Positions 31,167-43,837 of a stretch of 64,000 nt of DNA are shown one piece after another. This DNA is from Auanema rhodensis (Eukaryota > Animalia > Nematoda). The notes beneath the pieces were generated by a model. The model searched no databases, was not told the origin of the DNA, and saw nothing but the letters and a program-made list of their open reading frames with translations. Where the stretch lies: contig OZ059899.1 of NCBI GenBank assembly GCA_964057225.1, positions 16,554,001-16,618,000 on the forward strand, written 5' to 3'. The position numbers and the translations under genes are program-made. The number at the start of each line of letters is the position of its first letter. Position 1 is the stretch's first letter.

Positions 31167-32873
31167 TACTGCAGTTGATGATGTTGCTACTTCAACTACG
31201 AACTCATTTCTCTTCGGAAAAACAGAAGAACGTTCAAAAGTACAAACAGCTATTTGTTGTTTCTTGTTTTGATTTTGTTTCGATTCTGAATCGTCGTTTC
31301 CTCATATGTATTCACTAATACATACACGTATGTATATAGAAGTAATCTCTCAATCTTTCATCTAAAAATAGACAATCAGGATTTATGTCTGGTCAAGCAT
31401 ATAAGTTGTTCTTGAATGTCAAAGCCTTCAAAATAAAACTATGTTAATGAAAGAACAGTGAATGAAGGAGCAAAAAGCAACAACAAAAACTGGATTCAGC
31501 ACGTGCGTGAACTTATGTGTAGAAGTAACTCATGTATGTGCTTTATCTCATTCTCATTCTCACCCACCCACATACTCATACAGAAAAGAGATATGTATGG
31601 GTCATAGTAACAACTGAAAATCTGTTTAAAAAAGAAAATTATCTTCGTTTGCCATGTGAGAAGTTCGACGACGGAGTTTCATTTCGTCCACATCTGTCTT
31701 ATATTTCCTATTTCTAAATATAACTTAAAGCATTAATATGTAGAATAAGAATTAGAATTTGAAAAGATAAAAAAAAATATTAAATAATCGAATATTTTGA
31801 ATAAAATTTTTGAAATAACAAATGATATTCAAAAATCTTATATATCTATAGATATTTGTAAGAAAAATTCATTTAAAAAGTATAGAAAATTAACTTTGAA
31901 TAAATATTCTGTTTGTCAGCTGATAAATCATTATTATGAATTTGAAAAAAAAAGAAAGTAAACAATTAATTGAAGGAAGTAAAGATGAAAACCGGAAGTT
32001 GCAACTGTATGAGATGAAGCATATTACTTGAATTGACACAGAAAAGCAATCACAACAGCTAAACAGAAAGCAATCCAAAAAGTATTTGAACTTTTCCTAA
32101 TAGTTAAAGGAATTTCACGTATTGTTTTCTAAAATTAGCATATTGATAGATAACAAACGAACCAACAAACTAACGTGGAAGCTCAACACACAATACTCAC
32201 GTCTAGACTCCACACGTAAAACGTGAGATTTACGTGTAAATCATTTGAAATTTATTCAAATTTTTCTTTTTTTTTTCATTTTATTGGTTGTCGTCGTCTT
32301 GAGAACGGTTGTCTACATCATTGAAATATGTATTGAAGAGTAAAAAAAGTCCATTTAGACTTATTTCATTTATTTTCTTTAAGAGATTTCAAAAGATTTT
32401 CAAGAATTTTATTGCATACATATATCTCTTGTGATGTATTTTAAGGATTATCATTACGATCGCATGCTGTTTACAACTCAAGATTATGAGTTCAGTTGAT
32501 TTATGTGTGTGTAGCCTTTATTAAAGGCTTTCATGTAATTCATTTGGATTTATGATGAATATGTATTCACATTGTTGCAGCTTCTGCTGATGCTGCTACT
32601 GATGCTGCCGGTGTTGCTGACACTCTTACCCATCTACTGCCACACAATGTCTTCATACCAGCTGTATAAAATAAGATAAAAATGGATAAACAAGCCGAAA
32701 AAGACATAATAGTTATGTCATTTTTCTCATTTTTCAGCTAGTATACAAATAAGAATTGATCAAATATAGTTATTGAAGATTTGAGTATGGTATTACATCA
32801 ATAAATCAAGTCATACCATATGTTGTAACAAGAGTTATTGGAGAAAAACTTTTTTTTTTTACTTTTTTTTCTC

Positions 32874-32912
<39 letters not shown>

Positions 32913-33785
32913 ACTGTATTTACTTCATATTTCTTGAAATGTTGAAAGTTAAATGTGACGTTGAAGATGATGAAATAAAACGTTCAAATCATAATCTCTA
33001 ATCATTTGATGCTTTTGATTAAGATGCCACAGACTTTCAAACAAACATCACATATCAGATTTCATAATTCATATTACCATTTGCAACAAATCCATATTGA
33101 AAATTCTATTTTCACTGATAAAGTACCATTATATAGTATTTTCTTAAATGTTTTAATCAATATTTGCAAGAAATGAATGAACTAAACAGCTGAAACAGTG
33201 TCCATATTTGATAAAAAAAGATTTGATGTTAGTTGTTGGAAATAAACCAATGCTTAGATTCCGGTAACACATCTAACCTACGACTCATGGCTGATGCTTT
33301 TGCTCATTCTTTTATTGCAAAATTAGAGAGAAATTTAAAAAGTAGAAGCAATTGACCAATGAGTTAAATTACATTGAAATAGACGAAAAAAGTCGTTCAC
33401 CCATTTGAAATCGCGAATGAAAGCTTGTGGAGTTGAAATAATACTCGAGCGCATGATGAGATGACATTGAAGCCAACTAATAAAAGTTGCTACATCAATT
33501 GACAAATTACCTTATGCAGCGTGAGTTTATTTCTTTTTTTCCTCATCAAAATGTTAAAATTGAAGACAATTAGGAAAAACGGAAGCAAAATTAGATGTAA
33601 GACTAATGTTAACATGGAAAAGTTTAAGAGATAAAATGGAAAAATGAGAGGAGGAGTAGGGGTGACAACTGAAAAATAGTGGAAAAGGGAGGATAAAGAT
33701 GAAAAAGCTGACGTAAAGATTTCAGATGAATTAGATAGACTATTAAGAGTAATTTAAACTTATTAATACGACGAATTGAAGCGAG

Positions 33786-33854
<69 letters not shown>

Positions 33855-34494
33855 AAGCGAGGGAGACAACTCCACAAAAGTTTCAACTCCATATGGCGCT
33901 TTACTGTAACAACACACAGATGTAAATCTGTTTTTCTCCCAAAATATATTTTCAAATGTGCAACAACTTTTCTTGGAATTTTTTAATAAAAACCTACGCA
34001 ATTCACCAACTTTAAATGTTTTTTAAACTTCTGATGCGATTGACCAAAAGCAAAGTAATTAGAATTATCAGTATTATGACAACAACGATCATATCAAGAG
34101 CAGAATAAAAGCAACAAACCAGTAAACCAACCTAGAAGCTTATGGATAGATAGATAGAAAAACAGGCAATGGAGAGCCATTCTTCAATCAACAAGCCGGC
34201 TTACCAGTCAGAGTCGACAACAGAACAGCCAAAAGCTCATACAAATGCTCATGCACAGATATACATACAACGTCTGCCATAAATGGTTCTCATTTTGTTT
34301 GTTCTAGCTCAACGCAATAAGCATTAAGCTTCATTCAGTGTGCCGTCTCATTTACCTCAGAATACCCTGCGGCTATTCTGTCCAGTTAAGTGGGAGTTGA
34401 GACGAAATCAAGCTCCTCTCCACCGAGCGACTCAGAATCATTTTCAAATTGGATTTGGGTTACCTCCTACGTATGCATACACAGGAAAAGAGAG

Positions 34495-34559
<65 letters not shown>

Positions 34560-36898
34560 AGATTATGAAACAGATTGAAAAGCATTATCATCCATATTCT
34601 ATACCTAAAGTAATAAAATGAAAACTTTAAGATTTAGATGAAGTAAGATACATATAATGAAGAAAATTGATTTGAATTACTTCACTAAGTCAAAAAACAC
34701 AAAACAAATTTTATAAACATTTCAGTCAACTTATTTTCTCTTCTTCTTTTAAAAAATCAAAGCCTCTCATACTCTATTACTCTATAACCTAAATAAATAA
34801 TTCGTTTATATGCATTATGGAGAAGAAAAGAAACAAAAAAAACAAAATTGATGAATTGAAAATATTTTTCGTACAAAAAACAATCGTTTTGCTAACTGCT
34901 AACGGCTAAAAATGGGAAATTAACTACGTTTTATACGTTCCCTTTTGCATGTGATGACGTAAATTATAATTAGATTCAAGTAAAGGTATACGATGTGTGT
35001 AACAGTCTAACAAGCAAATGAATACCTACTAGCTTTCAAATTGAGAAATATAAATATTAAAACTCAGTTATACGAGCTCAATGTTCCCAGATGATCGGAT
35101 GTCTCCACTACCGGCAGACTAGCACAATTCGAGGCACAAAGAAAAGCACGGCGTGTATTTCCTCCGTTTTTGAAATTTGAATGAAGACCAAAATTTGCTA
35201 CTTGTATTCCTATATTACTGCTTCTGTGCTTCACAATGAGCTTCTATTTGTTGTTTCTTATGTTATTCTTGATAACATTGTCATTATAGTTTGCTTCTCA
35301 TGTTTTTCTAATTCATTCTCTCATGTTTCATGTCATTCACTGTTTTCCAGTCTTGTTGTTTGAAGCATACTCACCCCTTCCTCCTCCGATCCCTTCGTCA
35401 CTTACAACAGCTACCATAGAACAATATAATTAGTCTATTTGATTATTACTTTCAAAGTTGTTCAAAATCCTTTTTTCAGTCATTTTCGGATTTGATTGTC
35501 CTCGAAAACATACGACCAAACCCAAAAGAGGCGTATAATAGTGAATTGAGAGTAGGCAGTCCACGTCAGCAGTAATTTTGTTCTGTACAAGAGATGTAGA
35601 AATAATAGATGAGAGAGAAATAGATGGAGAAAGAACAAGAGAATTATACAATAAAATGAATAAGAGGGAGTAAGAGAGGGAAAGAGGGGAAGGGGTAGAG
35701 AGAAAACAACAGAAAAATTATTATTTCATGATCATTTTCTAAATATTCACTGAAGTCTAACACCTTCCACTTTCTCTGTTCATGCATTACACCTCTTTCA
35801 GCGCTTTTTGAGGACTCATCTGTTGTCGTTCTCTGCTACGATAAACATTTTAATCCAAAGCAGCATCAGAAGCAAAAAAAACAAAAAGACAGATAATGAG
35901 AGATGAATACAAACATAAAAACTCGTTTTTAATACATCTTAACTCCTGATCTTGTTTTCGACCTCAGACGAAGTATGAGCTGAAAAGACGTCGCGACGTC
36001 CAGCGCCACTTTCCCACGAAATTTGGTTTAGCAGAGCAGTGAGTAGTGTAAGAGGACTAACTCAATGCTCATCTGGCAGACGGCAATCGTTCAATATGCG
36101 TGATGCTGCGTCTCACAGCTACTGCCTACTCTTGCTGTGCCACAGCAGATTGTGGTCGTCTCCTCAGACGTGTTCTCTCTTTTTCCCTCTCTCTCGCCTA
36201 CATCATATCTCATTTATGGATCTTCAGCTTTTTCTGTTTTCCGTTTACGAGACGTAAAAACCGTGCCTCAGTTATCTAAAATTTAGTTTCTATTTGCTTT
36301 CTTGGCTATTTGTCTTCAAGTCCTCAGGTCTCAACGAGGTCGCCGTTGAATTCTTCTCCAGTCAATTGGTTACGCTCTGTATTGAATTCTCGAACTCATA
36401 TATGGTACTTTTCAATTTTCCCGTTTTAAATATGTATATATATTTCTTTCGTCCAGATCTCTGCCGACGTTCTCATCCTCATACTTCTCCTTGTCTTCCA
36501 CATTTGGTGTATCGTCTATTCTTAAAACGACGAGTCGATCCCATACACAATGTGTTCTTAAGTATGGAAGATTATATGAATGTTGCCTTCGTTATCAATG
36601 ATATATTCAATAAATGTTTCTAAATCCCCTAGAGAATGTTTTACTATAGAGATCCTATAGAAAGCATAGCTAAACACATTTTCAGAATATATTCAAGAAA
36701 CGCATGATTTGGTTTGACGGAAAGCAAATAATAAAAGCGGTACACTATCTCATCGGATAAAACTTCGGATAATCATGTAAGTATTAATGTGTAGAGGTTC
36801 AGTTCAATACGTCGTGTATCTAAAAATATAAATTACCAACAACCTGTAATCTCACCCCTTGCTAAATAATGAGAAAAAAACTATTGATTAACTTTAAA

Positions 36899-36899
36899 C

Positions 36900-36936
<37 letters not shown>
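36899..36936. repeat. (TTA)n trinucleotide repeat
   Basis: Directly visible. Confidence 0.9.
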
Positions 36937-37778
36937 GAAAGACATTTTTATTAAATATACAGCTCTTAAGGAAAAGCTTTGAGACATTTAAAATCTAGGA
37001 ATCTCCTTAAGATCCACAAACTGGAATGACATAAATATCACAATTTACCCAAATCACAATAAAAGGCCCGAAATTCGTAAAAGTTAGAAATTCCTCCAAA
37101 AAGCAGCTTCGTCTTCTCATCTTCAAAGCGTAGAACCGCAGTGAAGTCGGGCGGAACAGACTGACTGACAGACAGGAAAATTTCAGGAGATATCTATAAT
37201 CGACGAAGAAAATTGAATGTGAACTGTATGCAAGGCCTACTAATCGACAATTTTTTGAACATTTGGTACTGCTAATATGAGTGTCACTTCATAAATACTT
37301 ACAAACACAAAACTTTTAAATTTCATACAGAAAACTCAAGATATACCATGAATTCAGAAAAAGGAGGGGAAGAACAGGAGATGAGACGAGTTGATACAGA
37401 GAAAAAACGTGTATGTAGAGTAGAGAAAAGTGAGAGTGAGTGAGAGAAAGAGAAAAAGAATCAAAGAAATCAATATTATGTTCAACTACATAGCGTAGCT
37501 ACATGACATAGTTAGCCGTAATATAGATGATGTTATCACATAAAGTTATTACTATCTGGCCCCACAGACCTGAGCGAATATAGGTGTAATGTGGGACGAT
37601 CATTTTCTGATAATTTCTCAAAACGGTTTTCGAACAAAATTTAAAACAAGCTCATTTCATAAACTAATAATCATAATAAAAATAATCTATCTATTCTTTA
37701 TAGTTAGCAATACTTCACAAAACCTGCTTTCGAAAAGAAAGATTATGTAATAACCGTGCTCTGCATGGGCGTAAAATA

Positions 37779-38997
37779 TTAGGTGTGCGCAAAAGTTTCT
37801 GGCCCTCCTCCCGCCCACACGCACCCTCCTCATATTTTGAAAACATGTGCCCAGAAACTTTTAAAAATAATTCCCCTCATTCTCCAAGGCCTTCTTCCAG
37901 TTCTGAAGCAATTTTCTTATTCCTTTTTTAAAAAAAACCTTTGGTTTTGATTGAAAAAAGTTTTTTAAGAAGGCGTCGACCTCCTCTTTATTTTTAAAGG
38001 TTTTACCCTTCAAAGAATGCTCCATCGATCTGAATAAGTGATAGTCAGATGGAGCAAGGTCTGGAGAATACGGTGGATGCTTCAGAAGCTCCCATCCATA
38101 TTCCTCCACAACTCGACACACGTCTTGAGCCACATGTGGCCGCGCATTGTCATGAAGGAGATGAATCTTCTTAGATTTTCGAGGGCGTTTCAACAAAACG
38201 GCCTCCAGAAGCCGTTGAATTTGTTCGGCATAAAGCCTACTATTCAACGTTTCACCGTAACTTAATAATTCATAATGAATTATTCCTCCTTCATCCCAAA
38301 AACAACATAACATCACCTTTTTAGGGGTCTGTTTGTTGGTTTTAGGAGTTGGTGGTAGTGCTTCACCTGGAGATACATAAAAATTTTTTTGGGTCTGGAT
38401 TCTCAAAAAAGATCCATTTTTCATCGCCAGTGATTAAACTACCCTCTTTTTTTAGCCATCTCAAGCAGGTTTCTGGAACAGCTCATTCGCGCCGCCTTGT
38501 TAGAAGGGCTAAGAACATGAGGGATTTGAGGGGAACATTTTTTGATCTTACCTAGTTTTTTCAGGTGTCTACCAACGGTAGCCCTGTGTACACCTAATTT
38601 ATGAGCCAACTGTTGTTGTGAGCTTATTAAAGAGCCTTTAAGAGCTTTTTCAAGCTTCTAGTTCGGCAACTTTAGTGGCCTTCCTGATCTTGGAAGGTCT
38701 CCCAGATACAAATTGTTAGATTTAAATCTAACGTACCATGATTTACAGGTACTATAAGAAGGTGTATCTTCACCATAGATGGATTTGAGAAGATTATGAG
38801 CTTTGAAGGCATTTAAACCTTGATTGAAATATAGCCTCAGACAGAAATTAAACGTAAAAAAAAAGATTTTTTTTTATAATTTAAATTTAAAACAATTTTT
38901 TAAATATAATTTTGAATTCGGTTTATGCTAATTTTCAAATTCAAAATATTTATTCGAATTTAAATGTGGATTGTCAGAAACTTTTGCGCACACCTAA
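37779..38997 (-). mobile_element. Mariner (DD34D) DNA transposon with a disrupted transposase
   Basis: Perfect 23-bp TIRs (TTAGGTGTGCGCAAAAGTTTCTG) flanked by TA on both sides; TGDEKW, HDNARPH and YSPDLAPSDYHLF motifs. Confidence 0.95.
37861..38855 (-). pseudogene. Mariner transposase pseudogene
   Basis: HTH region (PRSGRP), IPHVL linker and catalytic domain, broken by a stop near 38660 and frameshifts around 38380-38460. Confidence 0.9.
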
Positions 38998-39124
38998 TAT
39001 CTTTTACAATGTAAGAGAGTAAGGACACTAATCAATTAGAAAATAACACAAATTTTTGAGGAAAAAGAAAACAACAAAATGAATGTATCACAAGATGATT
39101 CAATTAATATAAACACACCTGTAT

Positions 39125-42100
39125 TTAGACTCTTTTATCTGGCGGAGGGGGCCTCCTCTTTTCCAAATCATATTCATTTCGGAGCCAGGTAACCGCAGTC
39201 AGAAGAAAAATTCCATATTTGTCCATAGGACTTTCCATGCAAAAATGTCCGCAGACAGACTCCAAACTGTACAAATGTTTTTCATACGCTTGCCCCCTTT
39301 TTTTCAGTGCTTAACGTACCTGTTAACAAAATTGATATCGGTAGGGCTTTTTGCCGTTAATATTGCAGCATCTTCCCAAAATTTATGAGCGAACATCACG
39401 AAATGAAGAGTTTTCAGTTGCGCCCTAAGGCAATTATAATGATTGACCGGTATAACAACCTGAACAGCTTCTTCAAAATAAGGTTAATTTCCTACTTGAA
39501 CGACTTACACTTTCAGCATTTGTAACTGAAGAAGGAGACTCGTTATAAGATTCAGAATTGCTAGCGTCGGAGGGCTTTGACATATATCGAACCTCAGCTT
39601 CTAATTTTTCCAACGCATGATATGACTTTAAAACTTGCTGAAACTGAACAACGTAAGGTAAAAAATTCAACCTACTATCCTTACAGCAGATTTAAAACGA
39701 TACAAGTTATAAGAAAGAACAGACTGAGCTCTCAAACTTAAATTCCGCACTCGTGAAACAAAATGTTTTTCTAAGGGTGTTAATGATTCTTTCGTGGCAA
39801 AATTATGAGCTGCTACCCTGAAAAAGAATATCGGGAATTGTTGGGTTATGATTACTCATTCGACTTACTTAAGAAGTTCAGATGTATCTCTTAATACAGA
39901 AATATGACGTTGAGAAGATTCCTCAATTTCCATATGCTGAGCTGATATTCCGAAGTAAACTGTTGATTCCAGGTAAAGAAGGATACGAAATACACGATCA
40001 GTCTAAAAACAATGAGAAATAAAAACAAGTATTACGAAAGTCACCTCGAAATCTGCCTTTCTTTTCCTATCCCTAGCTAAAGTTTGGTAAAAGTCTGATG
40101 CTTTGCCTTCATTGTTGTACTTTTCGAATTTCGTTGGCCTATTTGGCATACATTCATTGCAAGCACAACGGAAATCTTTTGCTTGAGATTGAGAACTGCC
40201 AGGCCGAGGAGAAGGTGTCTGAATTTTAATAAGAGATTATTATCTTTTAGAGAGAGGCTTACAGATTGACCCGTAGATTTACTCGCTTCAGACTTGATAT
40301 CTCGTTCCCTTGGTCTATCAGGAACCTTATCACTTCGATAGTCCTTCCTATCCTTTTCCCTTTCTTTTTTCCTTTCAGGATCATCTTTCTCGTCTTTCTT
40401 ATCTTTATCTTTATGCTTTCGGCGCTTCTCATTGATGTCCAAAGATGGAGACAAACTTTCGTCCTAAACCGATTATAAAGAAAAGAATAAGATGAAACAA
40501 CCTTATTCTTCAAAGTTCCATATTTCTTTCCAATATCCATTAATTTATTCATTTTGCTAGGAGATAGAGCACGAAGAGTAAGTTCGCCTTAAGAGTAAAC
40601 AGCTACTTTTAATAACATAATATCACTACATACCTCTCAGGCGGTTTTCACAATTCAATTTAGGGGAAGGTGTATCTGGTTCTAGCTGAAAAATCATAGC
40701 ATTAGTAACCGTAAAATTTCAACAACCAACTCTAGATTCAGGCTTCAATTCTTCCTCCTTCGGTTTTTTCTCTACCTTAGGTCTGTTTTGCTGAACTGAT
40801 GACTTGGACTCCTTTTCAGATCGATCTGTCTTTTCCAAGCGATCAACTTTTTCAATTCGCTCCGTTTTATCAGATCGGTCACCTTTATCGAATCTTTCAA
40901 CCTTTTCGGGCCTATCAGCTTTCTCCGGTTTCTCTATTTTCTCAGCTCGTTCAGACTTTTCAGATCGTTCAGACTTTTCAGGTCGTTCAGGCCTTTCGGG
41001 TCGTTCAGACTTTTCAGGTCGTTCAGGCTTTTCGGTTCTATCAATCTTCTCGGGTCTTTCAGTCTTCTCGGGCCTTTCAGACTTCTCGGGCCTTTCAGAC
41101 TTCTCGGGCCTTTCAGACTTCTCGGGCCTTTCAGTCTTCTCGGGCCTTTCAGTCTTTTCAGGTCTTTCAGTCTTCTCGGGCTTCTCGGGCCTTTCAGTCT
41201 TTTCAGGTCGTTCAGTCTTCTCGGGCTTCTCAGATCGTTCAGTCTTCTCGGGCTTCTCAGGCCTTTCAGTCTTTTCAGGTCGTTCAATCTTCTCGGGCTT
41301 TTCGAGCCTTTCTGTCTTCTCGGGCTTTTCGAGCCTTTCTGTCTTCTCGGGCTTTTCGGGTCTTTCAGTCTTCTCTGCCTTCTCAGGCTTTTCCTGCTTT
41401 TCCAGCCTTTCGGGCCTTTCAGTCTTTTCGGGTCTATCAGTCTTATCAATCTTTTCAGCCCTCTCCGTCTTCTCGGCTCTATCGCTTTTATCCGCGCGAA
41501 TTGGGACCTGAGGTCGGTCATTAAACACGGCCCTCTCAGGCTTCTCAGTCCGATCAAATTTATCCGGGCGGTCAGTTTTATCCGGACGATCAGCTTTTTC
41601 AACTTTCTCAGCCCTATCCTTTTCGAGTCGCGTTTTATCTGAAGAACGGGAAGCATCTTTATCCTTCTTCTCAGATTTGTCTCGTTTCTGAAATAACTGA
41701 TACGTGATAGAAAAAGAAGAAAAAAACCTTTTCTCCTGGCTCCTTGGAGATTTTATCTTTAGGCTCTTTCTCTTTTCTAATTTTTTCCCTTTTCTGAAAT
41801 AAGAAGAAAATATGACATTGATACTAGAATTTAATGAAAACCTCCTTCTTCTCGGGTTTTTCTCGATCTTTTTCCTTCTTTTTCCTCTCAACATCGGTAT
41901 TTTCTTTACCTTCCGAAACTGCAGAAGATTTAATATTAGGTATCATATCTTGTGATAACTCCATACTAGGTTTAATTTTAGTCTTATCTTCATTGTCATT
42001 ATCGTCCTCTATTTTTCTTCTTGATAAAGTTCGATCAGGCAAAGGTGACAAAGGAGGAGAGAGTCTGTAAGAAACAATTTACTATAAGGCATAACATAAT

Positions 42101-43159
42101 AAACACATACCGAGTTATAATATTCAAAATTGTTTGGGCACTATACAAGTCACCGTCGTCACCAACATCGTTTTCAGTTGAATGAACTCCACTATCAGGG
42201 CTCACTGTTGCTTTTTCAATTTCATCATTCTGATAAAATATAATAAGAATTTTATACAAAAAATATGAATAAATGATTACATCATCACCGAATAATTCTC
42301 TCATTTTATCCTCATCGTTAGAGTTTTGATTATTAGAATTGCTCGTTCCTGGTCGGATTTCCTATAATATACTTTTTCATGAAAAGAAAATTCCTCAAAA
42401 TTCTGTTCACCTCATCGAGATGATCACGATCCCGTCTTCTCTTTTTTTCAGTCTCAGCATCGACTTCATGATCAATTGGTCGATCTTTTCTTTTTTTGGA
42501 TTTGAAATCACTACTACTAGCAGAAGGTCCTTGTGAATGATTTAACGATTCCGCACTAACGAAAGGCTGAAATAGTTCCATAGAAGTTGTTTTAATATAA
42601 AGGAAAACCTTTGTTAACTGGGGAATACTTTGAAGAGGCGGATTAGATACTAGTTCCTGCATTTTCTAAATATATATATATAAAGCTAAAATAATAACGT
42701 CATTAAAAAGAGTACTTGTAAGCAATCTCTAGTAGCCTGTTGGACTGGCGAAGCATTCAACGGATTTCCTGATCGGCGTGAAGCTACTGGAACTGCAGGT
42801 GGTTCATACTGAAACTAAATATCCTTACTGAAGAAAACTAAAGTCAGCCTACCGTTGTGACTCCATGTTTCTTTAAAGAAAAACCCTGTTCAGAAATACA
42901 GTTGTAAAAGTCATCGAATTTCCCGAAAACACCTGAAAATTTGAAGTTCAAATATGAAGAAGGATTTAACAAAGTTTTTTTTAATTGGAATAAATTTAGT
43001 TTCGTCTTCAAGTTCATGAAATCCGTTGAAATCGACACCGGAAGACTTATAACAGAAGCGTACAATATGTATACTGATTAAAGCGCGATTTTAGCATAAC
43101 TTACTTTCCATCTTTTGGCCAAGATCATCGTTCAGAGTAGATTCCTTTGCCTCTGCCAT
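39125..43159 (-). CDS. AF4/FMR2-family super elongation complex scaffold (affl-like, multi-exon)
   Basis: N-terminal VFGKFDDF block; C-terminal homology domain (FYQTLARDRKRKAD...LLYLESTVYF...VTWLRNEY); head-to-head with stim-1. Confidence 0.75.
40810..41620 (-). repeat. Coding tandem repeat of 9-nt units encoding EK[P/T/S]-ERP tripeptides
   Basis: Repeating TTCTCGGGC / CTTTCAGTC units on the + strand; the EKTERPEKP reading lies within a spliced affl exon. Confidence 0.9.
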
Positions 43160-43837
43160 CTTTCTGACCACAAGATTAACAGAGGCGAATAGCAAGCAGC
43201 AACAGTACGGGCCGGTTATGCTGCTGTGCTCCTCTTGTTCCCTGTCTTATGTAAGGCAGAGTCAGACTGCGGAATAGTGTCACTTCGCAGCAGACTGCGA
43301 CGACGACAAGTCTTTCTTTTTCTCTCTGTAATTTTTCTCTTAATATGAACGTTGAAATTATATCCTTTAGCCTCATTGTCAAAAATTCAAGATGTTTTAG
43401 AATACTATTCTCAGGTTTTAAGATAAGATGTTAAAGTCTCATAACATTAAACATTGGTGAACATATATTCAAATTTGTGATGTGAAAAATTAATGAGTCA
43501 GCACAAGTTCAATTCAATAAGCTAATGGCAAAAAAGCCTTGAAACTCCCACAAAAGCCGACTAATGATAAAAATTAATCAATTCTGTTCAAAGCTTTCGC
43601 CTTCACCGCTGCAGGTTGGAATAAAAAAAGATGTTTTGTTTTTACGAATGTTAATTGTGTTTTCCGTAGCGGATAATTCAAATTTACAAAAGTTTTTGAA
43701 TTTTATCGCGTTTCCTACTTTTTAATCAAATTTGAATTCTTAATTTTATGTTTAAGTTTTTAAATATAAATTTAAAATTTTTGTTTCAATTTTAGATGTA
43801 TTAGACAACAACATAGGCCTACTACAAACTTATCACT

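Noticed and set aside
40799-41656. Three long overlapping ORFs on both strands
   Set aside because: Shadow frames of the 9-nt coding repeat in the AFF gene.
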